Source: Bdellovibrionia bacterium (GTDB lineage Bacteria > Bdellovibrionota > UBA1018). Taken from it: a stretch of 24,474 bases of DNA. This document shows, in pieces, positions 17,183-24,474 of the stretch. Where the stretch lies: NCBI GenBank assembly GCA_049424145.1, contig JBMSSC010000031.1:1-24474 (forward strand), read 5' to 3'. A program made the translations under genes and the position numbers. Below the pieces are notes generated by a model, which saw only the letters and a list, made by a program, of their open reading frames with translations, was not told the DNA's origin and did no database searches. The stretch's first letter is position 1. Every line of letters begins with the position of its first letter.

Positions 17183-18221
17183 AACAGGTCTCCACCTCCT
17201 CAGACTGATTCGAAACCTTTTCCTGCTGGGGAGCTTGGTTGTTTTGGTCAGCTGCGCAACGGGAGAAGTCCAAGAGGATGAAGTTCCTCTAACCGCTGAG
17301 AGCTCCTCTTCTTTGACGTTAGAATCGGATGCTGCAGATGGGTCTTCGGATCAACCTTTACTTCCTCCGATCAACTCAGATGAGGCGGCAGCAGCTCCAT
17401 CTTCTCAAACGGCACCTCAGGCTTCTTCAGACCAGGCTACCTCAGATCAGGCTACCTCAGATCAGGCTACCTCAGATCAGGCTACCTCAGATCAGGCTAC
17501 TTTAAATGACGCTCAGCCTGTTTCTCCCGTTTCCTCGTCTGAAGAAGGCCCTCAAACTTCAGCTCAGTCAGCTCCTACTTTGGCTCAGGACTCATCCATT
17601 TCAGCGGCCTCTGGGCCCGTACTTTCTGGTGATTCCGGAACCTATCAGGTGATCCAAGGGGATACCTTGATGAAGATTGCCTTTAAACTCTGGGGAGATC
17701 CGTTTGGTTGGAGAAAACTCTATCAACAGAACCGCTCCATCATTTCCAATCCTGATCTCATTTACCCAGGCGCTCAACTGACTTATTCAGTGCCTCTGCC
17801 CGATCAAAAAAATCAGCCCAACCCAGGTCGTCCGTACTTGGTCAAAAAAGGGGATACCCTGCTGACGATTTCGCAACAGGTTTATGGCACGGCTAAGAAA
17901 TGGAAACATCTTTTAAATCACAATAAAAACGCGATTCGCAATCCGGAGAAGATCATCGTTGGTATCACTCTCTATTATTCGGATGCACCTGCGTTTGCCC
18001 AGTCTGAACGCAAGAACTCAGGCTCTCGTTTGAATACTCAGCTTGCCCAGGTGAGTACTCAAGCCGGAAAAGATCTTGCGTTTCAAGGCATTGGTGCAAG
18101 CTCGCAGTTGAGGAAGCTGCAGTCGGTGGCTACTCAGAAGCTCTCTGCTTCTTTGAAGAGCCAGTCCGTCCAAGCCTCCAATCGCTTCGTTTTCACTGAA
18201 GCTCTCCGCCAGTTTGAGTAG
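17175..18221 (+). CDS. Second lipoprotein with two LysM domains and a long Ser/Ala/Gln/Asp-rich linker (start ATG 17175)
   Basis: Lipobox LVSC; YQVIQGDTLMKIA and YLVKKGDTLLTIS LysM repeats; start overlaps the upstream stop by 8 nt. Confidence 0.9.
   Translation: MNRTGLHLLRLIRNLFLLGSLVVLVSCATGEVQEDEVPLTAESSSSLTLESDAADGSSDQPLLPPINSDEAAAAPSSQTAPQASSDQATSDQATSDQATSDQATSDQATLNDAQPVSPVSSSEEGPQTSAQSAPTLAQDSSISAASGPVLSGDSGTYQVIQGDTLMKIAFKLWGDPFGWRKLYQQNRSIISNPDLIYPGAQLTYSVPLPDQKNQPNPGRPYLVKKGDTLLTISQQVYGTAKKWKHLLNHNKNAIRNPEKIIVGITLYYSDAPAFAQSERKNSGSRLNTQLAQVSTQAGKDLAFQGIGASSQLRKLQSVATQKLSASLKSQSVQASNRFVFTEALRQFE
17418..17500 (+). repeat. In-frame 15-bp tandem repeat (CAGGCTACCTCAGAT), encoding QATSD
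   Basis: One degenerate copy (17418-17432), four perfect copies (17433-17492) and a partial copy (17493-17500). Confidence 0.97.
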
Positions 18222-18425
18222 TCGTGAGTACTCACTCGAGCGCCGGGCTGATCGTAGCTCCTTCGTCCTCGCCCAGCCAGATCTAAGACTCCATCCGATT
18301 GGACCCGTAGGGTTTTCACTGCTCCATCCGAAAAACTCAAAGGGATCCCGGCTGAGTAGCTGAGTTCTTTCGTGAACAACAAACCTTTTCCAAAATCAGA
18401 AATCCCAGGGTATTCTAATGGGGCA

Positions 18426-19232
18426 ATGCAAGACGGTTTGAGTTTTAAGCGGGCGAGTCTTTTTTGGTTCGGAATCTTTTTCATTTCAGCGTGTGCAAGT
18501 TCAGTCAGTCCGCCTGAAGTCAGCCCGGAAGAGAGGCTTCGTCGAGACCCTGGGTTTAACTCCCAGTTGTCTGACCAATTGGAGCGTCGCTTAAAGATCA
18601 AAAAAGATCCCGTTGTCTCAATTTTTTTAAGAAAAGTGGCCGTTCAATTGGCGGAGTCTTCTTCAGAATTCAACGGGGCTCCCTTGGGGGTTTGGCTCTT
18701 TCAAGATGAAAAAGGCAAGTTCAGCTCCTACTCTTTGCCCGGGAATCGAATTTACCTTTCAGTGGACTTATTACGAAACCTTCGCTTTGAAAATGAAGTG
18801 GCCGCTGTTTTGGGGATTCAATTGGGTCACCTTCTGCAAAGGGATCTCCTCCTTCGTTACCTAAAGGGATCTCAGTTAAAATCGCAAGCTCGTTTAACCA
18901 GCTCGCTGTCTGTTTTTCCTGAAGATTTAGGCGCAACGAGTTTTGATTACTGGGGCTTCAATGGCCTTTTTGCGTTTGATGAGGAGGCTTACCTCTCAGC
19001 AGCTAAAATCAGTGTGTCTCTGCTTTATCAAGCTGGCTATGATCCAAGGGGCATCTTATCTTTGTTCAAAATATTTCAGAATAATTCAAAGCAATCTCCC
19101 TACGAACTGAGTACAATTAGTAAAATGATTGAACAAGTTCGCTTTGAAATCGCCAAGCAACCGCCTTTATTAAGCCCAATTGTCCGATCTCAGGCTTTTG
19201 TTGAAATTCAGCGTAGGATGCAGAACTTGTGA
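18426..19232 (+). CDS. M48-family (BepA/LoiP-like) lipoprotein lacking the zinc-protease motif
   Basis: Lipobox ISAC; SLPG.RIY, ENEVAAVLG..LGH and AGYDPRG are M48 hallmarks, but HExxH reads IQLGH; start uncertain (18372, 18426 or nearby TTG). Confidence 0.75.
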   Translation: MQDGLSFKRASLFWFGIFFISACASSVSPPEVSPEERLRRDPGFNSQLSDQLERRLKIKKDPVVSIFLRKVAVQLAESSSEFNGAPLGVWLFQDEKGKFSSYSLPGNRIYLSVDLLRNLRFENEVAAVLGIQLGHLLQRDLLLRYLKGSQLKSQARLTSSLSVFPEDLGATSFDYWGFNGLFAFDEEAYLSAAKISVSLLYQAGYDPRGILSLFKIFQNNSKQSPYELSTISKMIEQVRFEIAKQPPLLSPIVRSQAFVEIQRRMQNL

Positions 19233-20293
19233 AACGATTCCGAAAGGAGCTGGGGAAAATGTTGGATCAGCTAGTTTGGGGTGAGGATGAAGTTTTAAAA
19301 TGGGTGAAAAAATCCAAGACGATTGAGTCCTTCTCCAGGCTGCCAGGAGACGCCAGCACGCGTCGTTATTACCGTGTGGCCTCTCAAGGAGTCAGTTATA
19401 TTGTGATGAGAACGGATCCGTTTTCAGAGCAAGAGGATCGCTATCCTTTTTTGGTGATCCAAAAACACCTAAAAGAAAATCAAATCGATGTTCCTGAAGT
19501 GTTTGAAGTGGATGCCCAGTCGGGTTTTCTGATTTTAGAAGATTTGGGCGATGTGACCTTTTTGAAAAAACTGCAGGCAGTGGAGACCTCTGACACCGAA
19601 CGGCACCTGTACGAAAAAGCAATTGACCAAATTGTGCAGCTGCAGTTGGTAGCAAGTCCAAGGGCGGATTCCAAACCTCTAGAGGCGTTTCGTCTCCGAT
19701 TTGATTTTGAAAAACTCATGTGGGAAGTGAACTTTACGATTGAGAATTTTTATCAAATCTACCTGAAGCGAGAGCTTGCGCCAAAGGACTTAGCCATCTT
19801 AAAAGAATCCTTCAGCGAGATCTGTTCCACTTTGGCCAATGAGCCTACGGTGTTAACCCATCGCGATTTTCATAGTCGGAACATCATGGTGTGTAGAAAC
19901 CCGAAATCAAAAACTGAGCGGTTTGTCATGATTGATTTTCAAGACGCCAGAATGGGGCCTCCTCAATATGACTTAGCCTCTTTACTTCGGGATTCTTACT
20001 ATCAATTGGACGAAAAGCAGATTGCAACTCTGGTGGATTACTATGTGATTCGCTGGGAGGCCATTTCAGGTAAAAAAATCGATCGAGGCCACTTTCATCT
20101 GCTTTTTGACCTGATGTCAGTGCAGCGCAACTTTAAAGCCATCGGAAGTTTTGCTTCGTTTATGAGTAAGCGAGGGGATCCCACGTATTTAAAATACATT
20201 GGAAATACGTTTGAGAACATTCGTCGAGTTTTACTGAAGTATCCCAGGTACTCTCGCTTAAGAGAAGTGCTGTTTCAGTATTACTACTTTTGA
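19229..20293 (+). CDS. amgK: Anomeric MurNAc/GlcNAc kinase (APH-family phosphotransferase)
   Basis: LPGDASTRRYYR, LEDLGD, HRDFHSRNIM, IDFQDA..GP..YDLASLL.D, QRNFKAIG.F; adjacent to a MurU-like gene; GTGA overlap with the upstream gene. Confidence 0.85.
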   Translation: MKRFRKELGKMLDQLVWGEDEVLKWVKKSKTIESFSRLPGDASTRRYYRVASQGVSYIVMRTDPFSEQEDRYPFLVIQKHLKENQIDVPEVFEVDAQSGFLILEDLGDVTFLKKLQAVETSDTERHLYEKAIDQIVQLQLVASPRADSKPLEAFRLRFDFEKLMWEVNFTIENFYQIYLKRELAPKDLAILKESFSEICSTLANEPTVLTHRDFHSRNIMVCRNPKSKTERFVMIDFQDARMGPPQYDLASLLRDSYYQLDEKQIATLVDYYVIRWEAISGKKIDRGHFHLLFDLMSVQRNFKAIGSFASFMSKRGDPTYLKYIGNTFENIRRVLLKYPRYSRLREVLFQYYYF

Positions 20294-20303
20294 GCCTCAC
20301 CCC

Positions 20304-21368
20304 ATGATCTTAAAAGAACCAAAGCGCCTGCAGATTCAATCGGCGATGCTCATGGCGGCAGGCTTGGGAACCCGGCTTAGGCCCTTTACGAACCATCAGA
20401 CCAAGGCGCTCATGCCGTTAATGGGTGTTCCAATGGCTCAGTGGGTGATCGACTCCCTGGTGCACAGCGGAGTTCAAAGGATCGTTGCAAATGTTCATCA
20501 CCACGCTGAACAAACCGCACGGCAGTTGTTGGGGCTGAATCGGGGGAGCGCTCAGATGATCCTCAGTGATGAGTCGCAGGGGTTGTTGGGCAGTGCCGGA
20601 GGACTCAGAACGGCGTTACCAAGCTTAGGGTCGGATCCCTTCTTTCTCGCCAATGCCGATGTCTTAAGTGACCTCAATTGGCAGACGCTTTCGGAGGCTC
20701 ATTTTAAGCTCAAAGCTCAATGGGATGTTTGGATGACGTTGATGGTTTTTCCCGAGGCTCCTTGGGGAGCTCGTTATCGGGAGATTCATTGGGATTCGAG
20801 CACGGGGTTAATCACCCACTTAGGGGCCATGTCAGAGCGGAAGCCTTTTTTCATCGGTGCTGCGGTCATGGAGCCCAAAGCGCTTGAATCCCTCCTGCCC
20901 CATCAACCGGCAGATTTTGTGAGCCAGGTTCTTCTTCCTGCGATCGAAGAGAAACGAGCTGGGGTGTGTGTAAGTCAGGGCAGTTGGTATGATATCGGAG
21001 AGCCCGCCCTTTGGCTGAAAGCTCATTTGGCCTTGATGGAGAAATTCGAGCTTGGGGATTGGAAGAGTCCGGTTGAGCAACTGTGGCAGAAGCGGCTGAT
21101 CTCCCAGAACCGTCGCCTGAGTCCTCAGGTTTGGGTCTCCGAGCGGACTGAGCTTGTGCAAGCCCCCGCTTCGTTTACGGGGCCTTGTTATTGGGATTTT
21201 GAACCGGAAACCACGGATTCAACTCGGGTGCGTCAGGTGATGAGCCAAGGACTGGGTCCAAATAGCGTGCTCTATGGGGTTCCCAGTGGACCCCAGTTGA
21301 TGAACCAGGGGATTGGCTTGGGCGGACATTGGGTGTCCCTTGGGGGAGCTAAAAAGTGGGTTTTTTAA
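20304..21368 (+). CDS. murU: MurNAc-alpha-1-phosphate uridylyltransferase-like nucleotidyltransferase
   Basis: AMLMAAGLGTRLRPFT...KALMP, NVHH, LGSAGG, NAD, WYDIG; follows amgK; carries a C-terminal extension. Confidence 0.8.
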   Translation: MILKEPKRLQIQSAMLMAAGLGTRLRPFTNHQTKALMPLMGVPMAQWVIDSLVHSGVQRIVANVHHHAEQTARQLLGLNRGSAQMILSDESQGLLGSAGGLRTALPSLGSDPFFLANADVLSDLNWQTLSEAHFKLKAQWDVWMTLMVFPEAPWGARYREIHWDSSTGLITHLGAMSERKPFFIGAAVMEPKALESLLPHQPADFVSQVLLPAIEEKRAGVCVSQGSWYDIGEPALWLKAHLALMEKFELGDWKSPVEQLWQKRLISQNRRLSPQVWVSERTELVQAPASFTGPCYWDFEPETTDSTRVRQVMSQGLGPNSVLYGVPSGPQLMNQGIGLGGHWVSLGGAKKWVF

Positions 21369-21487
21369 AGATTTTCTAAGTTCATGAAATAACAACAATA
21401 AATGAAGTGTTTCAATGCCTTAGCCGGTTTTTGAAGTGAGGGCTCGTGAGGGTTGGTGTGGTCATATGAGGGGCCATTCTAACAAAA

Positions 21488-21533
21488 TTTTACTTCAGTT
21501 TGAAGTATTGATTTTTACTTCAGTTTGAAGTAT
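21488..21533. promoter_or_regulatory. Two identical palindromic operators upstream of the TA operon
   Basis: TACTTCA-gtt-TGAAGTA at 21491-21507 and 21516-21532, inside a 21-bp direct repeat with 25-bp period. Confidence 0.85.
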
Positions 21534-21548
21534 GTGGGGAGATGGAAA

Positions 21549-21821
21549 ATGACGCAGGTTTTTAAAGCCAAAAAGTTTGAAAAGGACCTAGGGCGAGTAC
21601 CTGAAGCGATTCGAGTTAAGGCGATCTTCTGGGTTGGGTTAGTCGAAAGCCTAGGCCTTAGGGAGGTTCGTAAGCGCCCAGGTTTCCACGATGAGCTCTT
21701 GCGGGGTGATCGAAGGGGGCAGCGTTCTGTGAGGCTTAATCAGGCGTATAGGCTGATCTATCGAGAGGTGGATGGTCATTTAGAGATTTTGTTACTGGAG
21801 GTTAATAAGCATGAGTACTAA
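21549..21821 (+). CDS. RelE/HigB-like type II toxin (start ATG 21549)
   Basis: About 90 aa, basic; HDELLRGDRRGQRSVRLNQAYRLIY is a RelE-superfamily signature; toxin-first gene order; GGGAG SD. Confidence 0.85.
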   Translation: MTQVFKAKKFEKDLGRVPEAIRVKAIFWVGLVESLGLREVRKRPGFHDELLRGDRRGQRSVRLNQAYRLIYREVDGHLEILLLEVNKHEY

Positions 21822-22128
21822 AAAGAAATCGGGTTTGTATTCGGACGAACTCCGTAAAAAGTATGGGCGCATTTCCTTTGGAAGATTCTTGCAATCTTGG
21901 CGAGAGACAGAAGGGATGACCCAAGCTCAGTTTGCAAAGAAGTTGGGTCTTTCTTCGGCAAATCTATGCGACCTAGAGCACGGCCGCCGGATTCCATCAC
22001 CTGATCGAGCAAGAAGAATTGCGAAGAAGTTAGGACTCCCTGAAAAGGGCCTGGTTGCCATTGCCATGGAAGATGCTCTTTACCGGGAGGGGATGAAGTA
22101 TTCTGTGGAGTTGAAGGAAGTGGCGTGA
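21811..22128 (+). CDS. HigA-like XRE helix-turn-helix antitoxin
   Basis: GMTQAQFAKKLGLSSANLCDLEHGRRIPS HTH; 11-nt overlap with the toxin gene; GGAGG SD. Confidence 0.85.
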   Translation: MSTKKKSGLYSDELRKKYGRISFGRFLQSWRETEGMTQAQFAKKLGLSSANLCDLEHGRRIPSPDRARRIAKKLGLPEKGLVAIAMEDALYREGMKYSVELKEVA

Positions 22129-22193
22129 AGAAAAGGTGTTAGGTAAAGAAGCTGTTTTGAGATTTTAGTGGTGTTCTAGTTAATTGTAGGTTC

Positions 22194-22736
22194 ATGCAAT
22201 TTTACGGTAATGAATGTGGACTGCACCCCAAAGTGAGACAGAGTGATCTGGTTCTGGTTTGGAAGTTCGCGGTGTTCTCGGGTCTTCGGGCAGGGGAGCT
22301 CGCGGCACTTCGGTGGTGTGATGTCGAGTTCAGTCCGAACGGAGGGAAGCTCCATGTTCGGCGAACCAAGTGCCAGACCACGGGTGAGATCTTTGAGGGC
22401 ACGAAGAACCGCGAGACGCGCATCATTCCGCTTTTGAAGGAAGCAAAAGCGGCGCTCGAAGAATTGCGAGAATTCACGGGGACTCCCATTTCAAAACAGG
22501 TGGAGGTGTTCAATGGAATTTCCATGAAGCACCTCTCGCGCGATTTGAAAGTGGCTTGCCGGCACGCGGGTGTGACGGGGCGAGGAGCAAACCCACGGCT
22601 CGTTTCGATGCTGCTCGGGCATGGGGATTCACGGTCAACGGAACGTCAAGTTCACAAAAATGCGGACGTGGTGGAGTCGCACTGGGACGTCTTCCAAAAA
22701 AATCCGGATTCAGGTTCTGATTCTGGAGTGATTTAA
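22194..22736 (+). pseudogene. Tyrosine recombinase (integrase) catalytic-domain remnant
   Basis: Box I SGLRAGELAALRW.DV, TKN and LLGH are present; the HxxR segment is missing, the nucleophile Tyr position reads Gln (TERQVH), and N-terminal domains are absent. Confidence 0.85.
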
Positions 22737-22751
22737 AGTACTTAGAAAATT

Positions 22752-22770
22752 TGGCGTCCCCACGGGGAGT
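22752..22770 (-). other. tRNA 3'-end fragment (tRNA-Glu-like), att remnant; not a complete tRNA
   Basis: Minus strand reads ACTCCCCGTGGGGACGCCA, like the T-arm 3' side, acceptor strand and CCA of tRNA-Glu; the anmK stop lies 19 nt further on, leaving no room for a full tRNA. Confidence 0.75.
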
Positions 22771-22789
22771 TCATGGCTCGACTTTGAGC

Positions 22790-23968
22790 TCATGATCGGG
22801 TTTTTAAACGGTGAGTGAGAATTTTCTCAAGCACCTGAAGCCAGTTCTTTCCAGGAATGAGGCTACCTGGGGGGGCAAATAAGCGAGCTCCAGTCCATTC
22901 ACCTCCTAAGGGTTCTCCACGTAATGAAAGGTAGCCTAAGAGGGCAAACGCCGTGGCTTCGACAGACTCAATCCTCAGTCCGGGCTGATTTAAGGGATGA
23001 ACTTCGAGGGTGGGCAGTTGTTCTCGTAAGAGGGATAAGAGGGTTTGATTCTTCGCTCCTCCCCCGCATAAAAAAATGCTCTTTAAGGGGAGCCGGGCCT
23101 TCAGAATCCAGTTTCGGTAAGCCTGGGCAATGCTCTGGGCGGTGATGGCGGTAGCCGTGGCGACCAAGTCTTCTCCGCGTGCTCGGGTGAAAGAAAGCAG
23201 AAGCTCAAAGGGAAAATCATCTCGCCCGGTGGACTTGGGCGGTGGGGCTTGAAAAAATGGGAGCTTCAGGACTCGATCAAGGGCCTGCTGGTCGACTTGA
23301 CCTCTTGCGGCGTTTTTTCCCTGCGGATCATAGTGCAGACGGCCCGAGGTGAACTGAGTCATGGCCGCATCGATCCAAAGATTGGCAGGCCCCGTATCAA
23401 AAGCCAGGACTTTTCCCTTGGGTCCAAAGTAGGACAGATTACTAATGCCCCCTAGGTTATGAAAACTAATGCCTTGGCGTTTGGGATCTAGGCGTTGGGC
23501 TAAGAGTTGGTGAAAGCGCGGGGCCAGTGGAGCTCCCTGCCCACCGGCTGCTAGGTCGCCTTCACCAAATTGATGGACGACGGTGAGTCCTGTTGCAGCC
23601 GCAATGCGGGTGCCATCACCGAGTTGAAGCGTCGTTCCTTTGGCCCTGGCTTTGGGAAAATGGGCCACGGTTTGTCCGTGGTTGGCGATGACGTCTGGTT
23701 TTTTTGAGTGCCCCGAGATGATTTTTTTTAAACTCGATGCGTACCAAAGTCCCAAGTCGCGATTGAGCTCGAGCGCATGAAGGGTGGTATGAGTGGAGCC
23801 CGGCTTTTGAAACTCAAGCACTCGTTTTCGCAAAAGGCTCGGGTACCCCCGAGTGTCACTCCAAAGGACAGACCAGCCTTGAGAGTGAACTTCGACGCAA
23901 GCCGCATCCTGCCCATCACAGGAGGTCCCAGTCATGACTCCCAGGATTTTCAATGAATTCATGGCCAT
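22790..23968 (-). CDS. anmK: Anhydro-N-acetylmuramic acid kinase
   Basis: GVMTGTSCDG.D, HGQT, D.AAGGQGAPL, NLGGISN, FDTGPAN, PPKSTGR, CGGG.KN, EA.AFA. Confidence 0.93.
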   Translation of the reverse strand: MAMNSLKILGVMTGTSCDGQDAACVEVHSQGWSVLWSDTRGYPSLLRKRVLEFQKPGSTHTTLHALELNRDLGLWYASSLKKIISGHSKKPDVIANHGQTVAHFPKARAKGTTLQLGDGTRIAAATGLTVVHQFGEGDLAAGGQGAPLAPRFHQLLAQRLDPKRQGISFHNLGGISNLSYFGPKGKVLAFDTGPANLWIDAAMTQFTSGRLHYDPQGKNAARGQVDQQALDRVLKLPFFQAPPPKSTGRDDFPFELLLSFTRARGEDLVATATAITAQSIAQAYRNWILKARLPLKSIFLCGGGAKNQTLLSLLREQLPTLEVHPLNQPGLRIESVEATAFALLGYLSLRGEPLGGEWTGARLFAPPGSLIPGKNWLQVLEKILTHRLKTRS

Positions 23969-24021
23969 ATGAACCAGTAGTGTACGACCTTTGGGGCTTC
24001 ATTGACAAGACTGTTGATTCC

Positions 24022-24474
24022 ATGAAAAATGAAGAAATGGTCGTGCTTCAGGCTCCTCTCCGATTCAAAGCAGCTGCTTTTCTTCTGTTTCTGTCGGTTC
24101 CTCTGATTGCCCTGGAGGTGGCCATCTCGGCTCGAGTTCCGTGGTGGGATCTTCCTTGGGTGAGCCTCGGGTATTGGGCGATCGCCTGGACTTTGATCAC
24201 GATTCCGCTGGTGACTTGGGTGCTTTCGGCAAAACGGTGGGCTTGGAATCTTTGCTTGATCCTCTCGGTGCTTTGGGTTTTGGCAAGCCTTTGGACGACG
24301 ATCCGATTGCGCTATCCACCGCTGGGTTTTTTTACTCTCTTTCTCACGTTTTTCCTGTTCCTCGAACTCATTTGGCTCCGTGCAGAGCTTGGGCGTTCTT
24401 ACATGGATCCTGCTCTTGCCTGGTATCAGGGACTTCCCAAAGCCATTCAAGGACTGAGGGCATGGATCCTTCAG
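24022..24474 (+). CDS. Multi-pass membrane protein, 3' truncated by window edge (not in the supplied ORF track)
   Basis: Manual translation from ATG 24022 (MKNEEMVVLQAPLRFKAAAFLLFLSVPLIALEV...) has no stop up to the edge, with about four Trp-rich hydrophobic segments; divergent from anmK. Confidence 0.8.
   Translation, partial: MKNEEMVVLQAPLRFKAAAFLLFLSVPLIALEVAISARVPWWDLPWVSLGYWAIAWTLITIPLVTWVLSAKRWAWNLCLILSVLWVLASLWTTIRLRYPPLGFFTLFLTFFLFLELIWLRAELGRSYMDPALAWYQGLPKAIQGLRAWILQ

Larger units (their letters stand above)
21379..22775. mobile_element. Decayed 1.4 kb integrative element (TA module, integrase remnant, tRNA-derived att sequence)
   Basis: Bounded by the 8-bp direct repeat AGTTCATG (21379-21386 and 22768-22775); contains higBA-like genes and a tyrosine recombinase fragment; a tRNA 3' fragment abuts the right repeat. 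Confidence 0.7.

Noticed and set aside
17418..17500. Repeat array as possible CRISPR
   Set aside because: Contiguous 15-bp units with no spacers, in frame within a gene, and no cas genes in the window.
18289..18331. Direct repeat CTCCATCCGA (two copies, 33 bp apart)
   Set aside because: Two short copies with no supporting context; may be chance.
21488..21533. Palindromic direct repeats as a mini-CRISPR
   Set aside because: Only two copies with a 4-nt gap; their position fits TA operators.
22752..22830. Complete tRNA gene
   Set aside because: Only about 19 nt of the 3' end match; there is no TTCGA T-loop, anticodon arm or D arm, and the sequence runs into the anmK coding region.
23959..24450. 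163-aa minus-strand ORF
   Set aside because: Lys/Arg/Gln-rich antisense shadow of the plus-strand membrane-protein frame, with no recognisable motifs.

Overview
Bacterial chromosomal window, about 50% GC; gene content is suggestive of Bdellovibrionota or a related deltaproteobacterial lineage (inference only). From left to right: (1) the end of a B12/PLP-dependent lysine-degradation operon (kdd, kamD, kamE), followed directly by a MoxR-like AAA+ gene and a vWA gene; (2) a small ribbon-helix-helix gene and a bidirectional terminator; (3) a long minus-strand run of OMP-like protein, LptM/YifL-like lipoprotein, dapA, dapB, dapL, etfB, etfA and a FadF-like Fe-S oxidoreductase, plus citrate synthase; (4) a deoxynucleoside kinase; (5) a cell-wall cluster with two LysM lipoproteins, a catalytically dead M48-fold lipoprotein, amgK and murU; (6) a 1.4 kb decayed integrative element with a HigBA-type toxin-antitoxin pair, an integrase remnant and a tRNA-Glu 3' fragment; (7) anmK and a truncated membrane-protein gene. 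The strongest signal is an A9G slippery site (A_AAA_AAG) at the end of the AAA+ gene, with an open -1 frame that runs into the vWA gene. This is a candidate programmed frameshift producing both a free AAA+ subunit and an AAA+-vWA fusion, coupled to lysine 5,6-aminomutase. Caveat: several single-base changes at conserved residues (dapA, anmK) mean consensus errors cannot be excluded.
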